Source: a virus (Duplodnaviria; Caudoviricetes). From it: a stretch of DNA of 31,349 nt. Positions 1-8,588 of this stretch are shown here, in pieces; position 1 is the first letter of the stretch; every line of letters starts with the position of its first letter. Below the pieces are notes generated by a model. The model made no database searches. It worked only from the letters and a program-made list of their open reading frames with translations, and was not told the origin of the DNA. The stretch covers positions 1 through 31,349 of the IMG/VR virus record IMGVR_UViG_3300017754_000899, one strand, 5' to 3'. The position numbers and the translations under genes were made by a program.

Positions 1-603
1 ACGCTTTTTCTGCTCATCAAACCACAGTTTGAAGTATTGCGATCCACCCAACGGCAGTTGAGTCAGTAGCTGCTCTTGCTCATCGCGGAACTCTTCGATC
101 TGCTCGCTGATCTGCCAGTTCAGAAAGTCACGCTTGCGCTCAGACTTCGCTGACTTTATGTCATCCATCTTGCCAATGATCTTGGTCTTGACGGGGCCAT
201 CAGGAGGGAACAGTTCTTTGATAGCTCTAGCGGCAAAGTCTACGCAGCCTTCAGCCATTGCAGGGTGAACGACCTTGCTGGCACCCATGAAGGTAGCGCC
301 ACCGGGGGCGTCTTCCCCCATACCAGTCCGTCTAATCCCCTCCTCATACTGCCTGTCCCGCCTCTCCCGCGCCTGTTTATCCGTCTCCAGCAGGTCAAGG
401 TAATGGGAAGACATGCCACGCAGCGTCCCATCTGACATTGAGTCAGCAAGGTTGTCGTAGAAGTCAGGATTGAACTCAGGCCCATCATCCAGCGTGATTA
501 CCGCTGATCCGTCAGCACGCTCTTCCGTCTCCATCTCAGGAAGATCAACAACGGCGCTACCGTCAACTTGTTCTTCCGTCTGATATTCCTCTTGAGGTTC
601 CAT
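1..603 (-). CDS. Portal protein, N-terminal 201 aa (runs off the window)
   Basis: Not in the ORF track. Manual translation from ATG 601-603: MEPQEEYQTEEQVDGSAVVDLPEM...SKVVHPAMAEGCVDFAARAIKELFPPDGPVKTKIIG...RKRDFLNWQISEQIEEFRDEQEQLLTQLPLGGSQYFKLWFD. This pattern is typical of P22-like portals. TAATG overlap with the upstream stop; downstream of terL. Confidence 0.85.
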   Translation of the reverse strand, partial: MEPQEEYQTEEQVDGSAVVDLPEMETEERADGSAVITLDDGPEFNPDFYDNLADSMSDGTLRGMSSHYLDLLETDKQARERRDRQYEEGIRRTGMGEDAPGGATFMGASKVVHPAMAEGCVDFAARAIKELFPPDGPVKTKIIGKMDDIKSAKSERKRDFLNWQISEQIEEFRDEQEQLLTQLPLGGSQYFKLWFDEQKKR

Positions 604-2891
604 TATTTAACCTTTTTCCGCATGATCATCTCGTATTTCATGGTGTCCGGTTTAGTGTGAACTACTACCGATCTTTTGTGGACATGACCGCCGTGCGCCT
701 TGGTCTGCACTATATCTCCCTCTTCATCAGGATCACGCCGATGGGCAAGGTGCGCCATAGCAGCAAAGCTTTGCTCAGGAAATTCCATATTGTCTCCAAA
801 ACTTTCGCCATGATGCACTGAACCACCATCTGCTTTGAACTGGATAGGTCTCGGCGCAACATATTCTTTGCCAGACGCGGATTCTTGATGATGCGGAGAA
901 TCAATCTCATATTCTCCATTGTTACGCTTGGCATGCTCAAGGTGACTTTCATCAACATTGTGCGTGAACGACGAATTATGCCCGACATTACTCGTTGATT
1001 CAGTAGGCGTTGTCATCAATATAGCGCCAGCGTTTTTCCCATTCTTTGTCTTGAATCGATTCTTTGGAAGAAAGTCCTCATCCTTGAACCTTGAGTCTGT
1101 CGGAATCATATGCGGGGTGCCGTCCGCATTCTTGCCAACCTGAACCAATCGCGAATGAAGGATATGTTGCTTCTGATAGTCGTAACGCTTGTCATTGACT
1201 ACCGTATGCCCATAGTGCGACTTATCAGGCGTTGTAGGCTTGCCATTGCCGTTAAAGTGACCTTCTGCACCCTCTTCTTTTTCTGACTCGGAGAGGTTGC
1301 TAGTAGGTCTGCCGGTAGACCAATACTTCGCATGCGTAATCGACTTCTGCATTTTCTTATCCAACGCAGAATGACGTTTTACGTTGGTGACCATGTATGA
1401 ACTCTTTGGAGGCGTTACATTGTTATCGTCATTCTTGAAGTCTTCACCATTTGCTTTGGTGGCGGTAATTGTATTTCTGACACGCTGCTTATCACGCGCA
1501 ATGTTCTCAGCAATAGATTTACCGTGCTTTGTCTTCGGGCCTACGTTTGAATGCGTAACATAGTATCCATTCTCAGGATCATGCAACTCATTGGTCTTGC
1601 CATATGAGTTCGCAATGATTCTAGGCTTGTCCTCTGCCTTGCGTTGCTTATTCAGGTGCCTGATGGCATGCCGTGACGAAACGTCAGTCTCATCAACCAC
1701 GTTCGGTCTGAACAACAAACGATTGTCTTTTCTGTCAGCAAGACGCGCTGCATTACGCAGTGATCCTGTGTGCGCCAGAATCCAGTCTTTGGTCATGGCG
1801 GGGTCGTGCTTTGCCTGCTCATGGCATGATCTGCGAATAGCAGCGCCAGCGTATTGGGTCTCGGCTACCGGAGCAAAACAGGTTCCTTTGCTGGTGTCCA
1901 CAATGCCATGCTCATCAACACCACCGCCACAACCGGTGGTCTGACCGGGGCAGGTGTTCAATATGTGATGCTTCTGATTCTCTCCATGACCAGACGTATA
2001 CAGCGCATGCCCTGCAACACCTTTAGACGCAAATCCAATGTAGGTTCGACCCTGCTTATCATGCTCATGACGAACCGTATCAAGCTTTTCACTTTCATCC
2101 AAAGTGTTTGCGGTCTTGCCAAGGTGTTTTGCTGCACGCAACTTATCCAATGATGCCTTCTCATCGGCATTCTGTTGCTCAATGGGTTTGTTGAAATGCT
2201 CTTCCAATGTTTTCTTATGGATATCACCAACCTGACCAATTGTCAGCGGAGTTCTGTTCTCACTGCCATAGATATCTGCACGCGCTTTGTTGATGTCCTT
2301 CATGCCCTCATTTGTCTTACTTCCAAACCACATGTGACGCGGAGCTTTAATTCCTTTGACGCCACCCGAACCTTCGGCAGGAAATAAAATACGGCTGGAG
2401 ACTTTTTCTGGCTTACCCTTGCTCTCTATTTCATCTTTCATCTCAGCTACGGATTTAGCCGATCCACCACTCTTCATGCCTTGCGGCTTGGGAGGCTGCT
2501 GCGGCCCTCCCATCGCACCCAGAGCCTGCCCCTGCGGTGTCATCGATAGCATGTTACCCATAGGAGGAGCGCCTGCCGGAGCGCCAAGAGGAGCGCCCTG
2601 TGGCCCTTGTGGGCCTTGCGGCTGGCCTTGGGGAAGACCACCCTGCGGCTGCATCATCGACTGAGGGAGCATTTGCTGACCGGCCTGCTGCTGGCTCATG
2701 TCGATCCCACCAACCGGCATGCCGTTGCTCATGTTTACCCCACCAACAGGCGGCGTCTGACCGTCACCAGCGTCTGGGGATACAAATGACTTCGGTGACA
2801 TGCTGGGCGCTTCGCTTGCGCCAATGTTCTGGATATTGACAGGATTCTTTCCAGCTATTGCCAGACGCATTTGTGCCATTGTGGGTTGCAT
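603..2891 (-). CDS. Large multidomain protein: P/Q/G/M-rich N-terminus plus Gp88-like Cys-triad domain
   Basis: 762 aa. AAGGA SD before the ATG. NTCPGQTTGC...GTCFA...FRPNVVDETD resembles the phage Gp88 family. GG linkers MKSGGS, ADGGSV and AHGGHV. Confidence 0.7.
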   Translation of the reverse strand: MQPTMAQMRLAIAGKNPVNIQNIGASEAPSMSPKSFVSPDAGDGQTPPVGGVNMSNGMPVGGIDMSQQQAGQQMLPQSMMQPQGGLPQGQPQGPQGPQGAPLGAPAGAPPMGNMLSMTPQGQALGAMGGPQQPPKPQGMKSGGSAKSVAEMKDEIESKGKPEKVSSRILFPAEGSGGVKGIKAPRHMWFGSKTNEGMKDINKARADIYGSENRTPLTIGQVGDIHKKTLEEHFNKPIEQQNADEKASLDKLRAAKHLGKTANTLDESEKLDTVRHEHDKQGRTYIGFASKGVAGHALYTSGHGENQKHHILNTCPGQTTGCGGGVDEHGIVDTSKGTCFAPVAETQYAGAAIRRSCHEQAKHDPAMTKDWILAHTGSLRNAARLADRKDNRLLFRPNVVDETDVSSRHAIRHLNKQRKAEDKPRIIANSYGKTNELHDPENGYYVTHSNVGPKTKHGKSIAENIARDKQRVRNTITATKANGEDFKNDDNNVTPPKSSYMVTNVKRHSALDKKMQKSITHAKYWSTGRPTSNLSESEKEEGAEGHFNGNGKPTTPDKSHYGHTVVNDKRYDYQKQHILHSRLVQVGKNADGTPHMIPTDSRFKDEDFLPKNRFKTKNGKNAGAILMTTPTESTSNVGHNSSFTHNVDESHLEHAKRNNGEYEIDSPHHQESASGKEYVAPRPIQFKADGGSVHHGESFGDNMEFPEQSFAAMAHLAHRRDPDEEGDIVQTKAHGGHVHKRSVVVHTKPDTMKYEMIMRKKVK

Positions 2892-2892
2892 A

Positions 2893-5800
2893 TTAATCCT
2901 TAAAATTCTGTAGTAGCGACGTTGAGCCGCCGTGTTTGAAACCCCAATCCTTCAGATTGAGCGGCTCACTACGAGGCAAGTCAGATACCTTTGCCTTCTT
3001 ATTGATCTTCTGCACTTCTTCATCAGGCAGAACTCGCTTCACTTTCATCTCGCCACCAATCAACCAACTGCCCGACATATTCGGATTGGTCTTGTAGCGA
3101 TAGTGACCGCCCTTCGGAATCTGATCGGTGATGTGTGCATTCTTGGCAATCAGCTTGCCCTTCTTGTTCATGCCGCGTTCGTTGGCTTTCTTTTGCCAGT
3201 CTACATCATTTGGCATGTCGATCTCAGCCCACACCTGATTGTTGGGTCGGCGGTCGGGCTTGTTCAGCTTCGGATCAGACTTCTCGCCAATGTGAGTAGC
3301 GATCGGAAGATCACCCGCGTGCCAGCCCGGTCGGTAAGCCAAGGGGCCAATCTTTGACTTTACCTTCTCACCAGCCATCTCACCAGCCTTAGCTTTAACC
3401 CATTTGTCCTTTTCTACCGGAGTATTCGCATCCACAAAAAGCGGGAACAGCTTGCCGGGCTGCTTCTTGTCCACACGGAATAGCTTGTAAGCAGGCACAG
3501 TGCTTTTCGGCTCCTTGATGCCGCCACCATTCCCCATCAACGCATAACGCATTGCGTCCAAGCTTAAGGGCTTCACATCACCACCCTTGTTGTAGCGGGA
3601 CTGGCCCTTGCTCATGATGTCCTCACGCATCTGCGGAGTGATATCAAATGAATGCAGGTTCATTGCACGTTGTTCAGCGATACTTTTCTTGTGTATTTCT
3701 TTAGCCTCGGCAGACTGGTCTGAGGTCATGTCCCTCTGATTGACGCCGAACCGCTCCATACCAATGCGGTTCATGTCATCTGTATTTGGGACGTAATCGC
3801 TCCAGTTGTAGTCCTTGTTGGGATCAGCCATGCGGTAAGTCCCAACCTTCGCGCCCCACTTCTTGCCATACTTGTTGAGGAAGTCAGGCACGATCTTGTC
3901 GTAGAAGCCTTTCATTCCTTCATCGCCAGTCTTGAGGTCAAGGTTGGATAGGGTCATCTTACCGGCATGTCTTGCTGGTGTTGGAATGGGCATGCTGCCG
4001 CCCTCATAAGGTATGGAGACCTGATAAGGCGTGCCTTCACCCGCCATGATCTTCTTCGCAATACCCTTGCCGACATACCGATGAATCTTGTGGTGCGGGA
4101 CATCCTCTTCATGCAAGACAGTGCTTCCGTTCTCCTTGTCGGTCGCCATCAGGCTCACGGTCTTATCGGGATTGTGCTTGTAGTTTATCTCGCCGATGTG
4201 TTTGCTTAGGTCATACCGCTTGGCTTGTTCGGCACCGGGCGTGATGATCATCTTGTCATAGCCATTCTTCACAGCATGATCCAACAGATGCTTCAGCGCC
4301 AGTTCATGCCAGTCCTTCTTAAAGGGAGCATCAGGAACTACTCTGTTTGAAAGCAATTGCCTGCGCCTTGATTCTTCTTCTGGCGTAAGCTTTTCATCCC
4401 TAGCCAATTTATCAACAATATGTTTACGATCTTCTGGGGTTCCATATCCCCAGTTGGTCGGCACAGATTTCTTTGCCTCCTCTTCGGGCATACCATTTTC
4501 AACTAGACGGTCAATCTCTTCATGCCGAAGATCGCGTGCCTGTTGATGCCAGTCCGACTGTATCTCCTCAACGTGCAGTATCTTCTCCCCGTTTGGGCCT
4601 TTGCGATCGGATACCCTTGCATGCGCCAGAATGTTCGGCTCATCTTTGAAGTGCGAGGATTGAAAATTATTTGATGCGCCGTAACCTAAACTTAGTTCTC
4701 CATTTCCATATGCACCTCGATTTTTTTCCTGAACCGGCAGCTTCAGCTTGATCTCGCGGTAGTTGTTCCCGCCCTTCAACTGGTACTTCTCATACTGAGT
4801 CTTGTTGCCCTTCAGCCGATTGATGGCCCCCTCAGCATTCTGCTGCGTCTCAAACGGCCCTGCAATACGCTTGCCCGTATCGTTGAGGACGTAATGCTTG
4901 TCGTCATCACCCTTTTGAGTGACAAAGAAATCACTCTTGTGCGCCACGCTCTCAGTGATCTTCGGCATGGGGTTCTCTGATGCTATACGTTGCACATCAG
5001 GTAATCCCATCTTGCCAGTCATCTTCTGTTCGAGACCGCGATCCTCAATCTCCTGTGGCTTGACGCCATGGGTGTTGCGGATCATCGATAGGTATTGGTC
5101 GCCAGTCCCCTTGGCCTGACTCAGCTTGGATATGGCTTGATCGACCGGTGAGTAGAATGGTTGTCCACCGTCAGCCATGCGAATGGCACCGCCCTTGGCC
5201 TTATACGTAGTTACACGTACGGAGTTCCCCTCATGGATAGCGCCACCTTTAGCTTCCCTGTGGACAACCTTCATGATGTGTTCGTTGCCGGGGAAGACTA
5301 CGAAGTTGCGGGTCTCCTCGCCAGCATCGCGTGAGCGTTCGTCTAAGTATTTGATGCCAGCAACCCCAGCGCGTCTTAGCTTGTCTGATGCCGCCTTTGC
5401 GGTCATACCATACTGGTTATACAGGTCTTGGCCCAACGTATCGTGAGGCGCATCGGGCAACTCCCGCTTAATCGCAGCCTGCACATGCGGATGCTGCTCA
5501 CTCAGTGGCTTGTCCCAGTCCAGCATCTTCTCAATATGCTCATGGGGTATGCGAACGTGGTAGAGGCCACCAACTTCTGGCTTATTCTTTTGAAACCATT
5601 TCGCATGTTCGCTTGCGGCTTTTGCGTGTTCTGGAGTGTAACCATCTTCGATGTTGGAATACTTTGCCAGAATCTCATCTGGCGATTTGTGCAACATTGC
5701 GTCTTCAAGCACCTCCATCTTTGGATAGTTGCTCGTCGATTGCGCTTTGTTATATTCCTTGATTAACTTCTCTTCATAACGCGGGGATCGTGGCTGGTAA

Positions 5801-6429
5801 GTTTTTGCTACGTCCTTCTCCTGCGCCAAGTAATGCCCATGCCCGTAAGCCTGCGCTCCCTCGCCCGTCCCAATTTTTGTAGGGTCGAACTCGCCAAGCG
5901 GATTCTTCTTGGTCGGTGGAAAGCGGTGCGGTGAGCCGTGATAGGCGTCAAGTTCCTGCTGCATTTGCTCAAGGCTGGGCTGAACAGAACCGCCAGAAGA
6001 TTTAACAGCCTTTGAAAATGCTTTGCCCATCGTTGTCAAATCGTGACTGTGCTTGACATCAAAGTCTTGTCGAGCGCGATAAAGTAATTTGGTTGCAATT
6101 TTCTGACGACGATTATTTTCTGATACATGCAAATTCTGTATAACTGCCTTTTTACTTCTTGGGCCTAGAGTGCGTATTTGCATTGCGCCTATCGGTATAT
6201 CGTTCTCATCATGATACAAATACCTATAAGACTTTTTGTTTGATGGGTAAGTAGATAACGCAGATTTGAATGGCCCATCATCTGATACTAGTTTTTCTTC
6301 GCCAACAATAGCTGAAGCGCCAACAGGCTGAAGCAAATCATTCTCAGGATGATTGACCCATCCGGGGGTGCGTGACGTATCTAATACATCGCCTACCAAT
6401 GGTTTTGGCATTTTGGCTCCTTTTGCCAT
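2893..6429 (-). CDS. Large polyvalent protein: GNAT + ART-PolyVal-like + 'EEIQSD' domain + unknown C-terminal domain
   Basis: 1178 aa. GNAT motif A (IQNLHVSENNRRQKIATKLL). ART-like YHGSPH...IGTGEGAQAYGHGHYLA...GIKYLD...NFVVF. HFKDEPNILAHAR...VEEIQSDWHQ...APFKKDW block. C-terminal AYKLFR...LFPLFV...LAYRPGWH domain. Confidence 0.75.
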   Translation of the reverse strand: MAKGAKMPKPLVGDVLDTSRTPGWVNHPENDLLQPVGASAIVGEEKLVSDDGPFKSALSTYPSNKKSYRYLYHDENDIPIGAMQIRTLGPRSKKAVIQNLHVSENNRRQKIATKLLYRARQDFDVKHSHDLTTMGKAFSKAVKSSGGSVQPSLEQMQQELDAYHGSPHRFPPTKKNPLGEFDPTKIGTGEGAQAYGHGHYLAQEKDVAKTYQPRSPRYEEKLIKEYNKAQSTSNYPKMEVLEDAMLHKSPDEILAKYSNIEDGYTPEHAKAASEHAKWFQKNKPEVGGLYHVRIPHEHIEKMLDWDKPLSEQHPHVQAAIKRELPDAPHDTLGQDLYNQYGMTAKAASDKLRRAGVAGIKYLDERSRDAGEETRNFVVFPGNEHIMKVVHREAKGGAIHEGNSVRVTTYKAKGGAIRMADGGQPFYSPVDQAISKLSQAKGTGDQYLSMIRNTHGVKPQEIEDRGLEQKMTGKMGLPDVQRIASENPMPKITESVAHKSDFFVTQKGDDDKHYVLNDTGKRIAGPFETQQNAEGAINRLKGNKTQYEKYQLKGGNNYREIKLKLPVQEKNRGAYGNGELSLGYGASNNFQSSHFKDEPNILAHARVSDRKGPNGEKILHVEEIQSDWHQQARDLRHEEIDRLVENGMPEEEAKKSVPTNWGYGTPEDRKHIVDKLARDEKLTPEEESRRRQLLSNRVVPDAPFKKDWHELALKHLLDHAVKNGYDKMIITPGAEQAKRYDLSKHIGEINYKHNPDKTVSLMATDKENGSTVLHEEDVPHHKIHRYVGKGIAKKIMAGEGTPYQVSIPYEGGSMPIPTPARHAGKMTLSNLDLKTGDEGMKGFYDKIVPDFLNKYGKKWGAKVGTYRMADPNKDYNWSDYVPNTDDMNRIGMERFGVNQRDMTSDQSAEAKEIHKKSIAEQRAMNLHSFDITPQMREDIMSKGQSRYNKGGDVKPLSLDAMRYALMGNGGGIKEPKSTVPAYKLFRVDKKQPGKLFPLFVDANTPVEKDKWVKAKAGEMAGEKVKSKIGPLAYRPGWHAGDLPIATHIGEKSDPKLNKPDRRPNNQVWAEIDMPNDVDWQKKANERGMNKKGKLIAKNAHITDQIPKGGHYRYKTNPNMSGSWLIGGEMKVKRVLPDEEVQKINKKAKVSDLPRSEPLNLKDWGFKHGGSTSLLQNFKD

Positions 6430-6462
6430 TGGATTATGCGCCTACCCCATCTGATCCTGCAA

Positions 6463-7893
6463 TCATGCAGCATATGGGTTCGCTCTCGACCGCTGGTTGA
6501 ATATCTCTGCATCGGTGATGTCGCTCTCATCATAGTCTTCTCGTTGCGGCGCGTCGATACTGATCCAGCCAGCATCACGAAGATATCGCAGTCCTTGACT
6601 GATGCAATCGACGAACTCGTCATGCACCGTGTCTGGGAACGAGCATATCTGACTGACCATGCCCTCGGCCCAATCACGTACGTACCCTTTGCGATTGCTG
6701 CTCTCCGGCACCCAGACTCGACCGGCCTTGATGATGTTCGCCACAATGCTTAGGCGTTGGGTCTTGTCCGCGTGACCGGGGTTATAAGCGTGAACCGGTA
6801 GGTGCGCCCGTTGCAAGTCCTGTATCAGCGAGATACCGGCGCTCTTGTCCTCCACCAGCAGCAAGTCTACCAGCTTCTTGTTCTTGCCCTCGCCATAGGC
6901 CACCTCGAACTCCTTGATCACCTTCGGTCGCAGGTCTGGATACTGCAGGTGTTCCTGCCAGCAATCCAAGATCATCACGCACATCCCTCCGTCCAATGGC
7001 TTGAAGACGCCCAGCGTGATCGATCCAGTCGGGTCGTTGATCGTCTTGTCCGAGGTCGCGCAGTCGTATGACTGTAGGACGAACTCCAGCTTGGGGAAGG
7101 GCTTGCCATCAGGCCAGAGCCGGAACCAGTCCCGCTTGACGATACCGGCCTCCTCGGGATCGATGATCTCAGCGTGAATCTCTTGCCTGCCAAGGTTCGT
7201 CCCCTCATACGCCAAAATCTGCTTCTGGAAGCTTGGGGCGAGGTTCTTGATGTTGGCATAGGTCGATGCCCGTGTGATCACTACGTCGTCACCCTCGCGC
7301 CCTATGAGGTCTAGGATGACATCCTTCGGCTTCGGTGTGGTCGAGCAGATCAGCTTGGTGTTCTTGCCCAGTCGGATGCCGAACTGGATCATGTCCCAGC
7401 TATCCTGCAAATACTCCCATGCCGCCAATTCATCCAGCCAGCCGCCGTGAAACTGTGGGCCTCGGAACCGCTCAGGCTCTGATGCCGGTATCCCCTTGAT
7501 CAGCGATCCATTGACCAGATGTATCTCATGCAGACTGCTGTTGTATTTTTCTATCAGCACACTAGGGATCACCTTGAGCAAACCGGAATCTCCTTCATAG
7601 CAGGTTCCTTTGAGGTCTCCAGAAGTTGGAGCAGAGACCAGCCAGCGCGTGTTGGGTTGATCCCACGCCCATCCTGCAAGGCATTCAGCGGATGCTCTGG
7701 TCTTACCGGCCCCCCGACCTGCGAGCATAAGCCAAATTGACCACCAGCTTCCAGCCGGTTCGATCTGGTGCTTGTGCGCCTGCAGCCGGAGCCACTTGAA
7801 CTGCCAGTTGAAGACCGCCTGCGCCTGTGGCGTCATCTTCGCAAACTCGGCCTCAGCCGATTCGTCGAGCAGGATGTCCTCGGCTACGCCCAT
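6463..7893 (-). CDS. terL: Terminase large subunit
   Basis: Walker A LAGRGAGKT, RFRGPQF, Walker B GWLDELA, STTP motif III, nuclease QSYDCA...NDPTG and HDEFVDCISQ. Confidence 0.96.
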   Translation of the reverse strand: MGVAEDILLDESAEAEFAKMTPQAQAVFNWQFKWLRLQAHKHQIEPAGSWWSIWLMLAGRGAGKTRASAECLAGWAWDQPNTRWLVSAPTSGDLKGTCYEGDSGLLKVIPSVLIEKYNSSLHEIHLVNGSLIKGIPASEPERFRGPQFHGGWLDELAAWEYLQDSWDMIQFGIRLGKNTKLICSTTPKPKDVILDLIGREGDDVVITRASTYANIKNLAPSFQKQILAYEGTNLGRQEIHAEIIDPEEAGIVKRDWFRLWPDGKPFPKLEFVLQSYDCATSDKTINDPTGSITLGVFKPLDGGMCVMILDCWQEHLQYPDLRPKVIKEFEVAYGEGKNKKLVDLLLVEDKSAGISLIQDLQRAHLPVHAYNPGHADKTQRLSIVANIIKAGRVWVPESSNRKGYVRDWAEGMVSQICSFPDTVHDEFVDCISQGLRYLRDAGWISIDAPQREDYDESDITDAEIFNQRSRANPYAA

Positions 7894-7910
7894 TTTAATC
7901 CCCTACTCAA

Positions 7911-7993
7911 AGTAGGGAATACTAGTCTGACTAGTATTCCACAATGGCAGTAGGGAATACTAGTCTGACTAGTATCCCGCACAGTCAGTAGGG
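7911..7993. repeat. 38-bp-period tandem repeat with palindromic core in the terS-terL spacer
   Basis: AGTAGGGAATACTAGTCTGACTAGTAT at 7911-7937 and 7949-7975; partial AGTAGGG at 7987-7993. Copy 1 extends to a 25-bp palindrome at 7916-7940. Confidence 0.95.
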
Positions 7994-8521
7994 TCATTTC
8001 TCGGTCTGGCGCTGCAGCTTGATGTTCTTCAGTAGCTCGCCAAACACGCTCATGTTGTTCTCGATCACCACCGGATTAACGTCGTCCCCAGCATGAGTGA
8101 TCTTGTCTCCATACTTCTTGGGGTTGAACTTGGCGAGAAGCTTGAGTCTGGTCTCGATCTGCAGTTTGCGGTGACCCAGCATGTCCACCTTCTTGACCGA
8201 TACCTTCTTCAAGCCCTCCTCGTCCTCGCTTTCGGTGACTTCCTCGCCTATCAATTGATTGTCCGCAATGCGGAGGCAGTCCTCGGCAATGGCGTCACAT
8301 CCTACATCACGCGCATGCGCGATGGCTGTGGCAAGGTCGGCGTCCTTCCCCATCCAATCGTAAACCGTCCTCCACGCTGGGAATCCTTCGTTCTCCCTAC
8401 ATATCTGTCTCAGTGGTATTCCCTCACTGAGTTGTTCACACATTATGCGTGCGATGTAAGGGTCGTATGTGGATACTCTACCGCCCTTGTTTTTTGGCGG
8501 CGCGGGTTTTTTGTCGGTCAT
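7994..8521 (-). CDS. terS: Terminase small subunit (Sf6 gp1-like)
   Basis: HTH-like MCEQLSEGIPLRQICR...FPAWRTVYDWM and KLQIETRLKLLAKFNPKKYGDK; directly upstream of terL. Start moved to ATG 8521 because of an AAGGA SD. Confidence 0.9.
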   Translation of the reverse strand: MTDKKPAPPKNKGGRVSTYDPYIARIMCEQLSEGIPLRQICRENEGFPAWRTVYDWMGKDADLATAIAHARDVGCDAIAEDCLRIADNQLIGEEVTESEDEEGLKKVSVKKVDMLGHRKLQIETRLKLLAKFNPKKYGDKITHAGDDVNPVVIENNMSVFGELLKNIKLQRQTEK

Positions 8522-8588
8522 GGCAGTCCTTTGTCGCGCAATCATTTCAGCGCATTGGGATAGAGTCTAACTCATTCTGCCTCCGATC

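Noticed and set aside
6463-7893. Intein or intron in terL
   Set aside because: Normal length with contiguous motifs and no splice signatures.
7911-7993. Palindromic direct repeats resembling a mini CRISPR array
   Set aside because: Only two full copies, 11-bp gaps, no cas genes, and the core recurs inside coding genes, which fits a binding site better.
8478-8515. GC-rich stretch with T-runs resembling a terminator
   Set aside because: Explained by terS codons (KKPAPPKNKGGR), and no plus-strand gene ends there.
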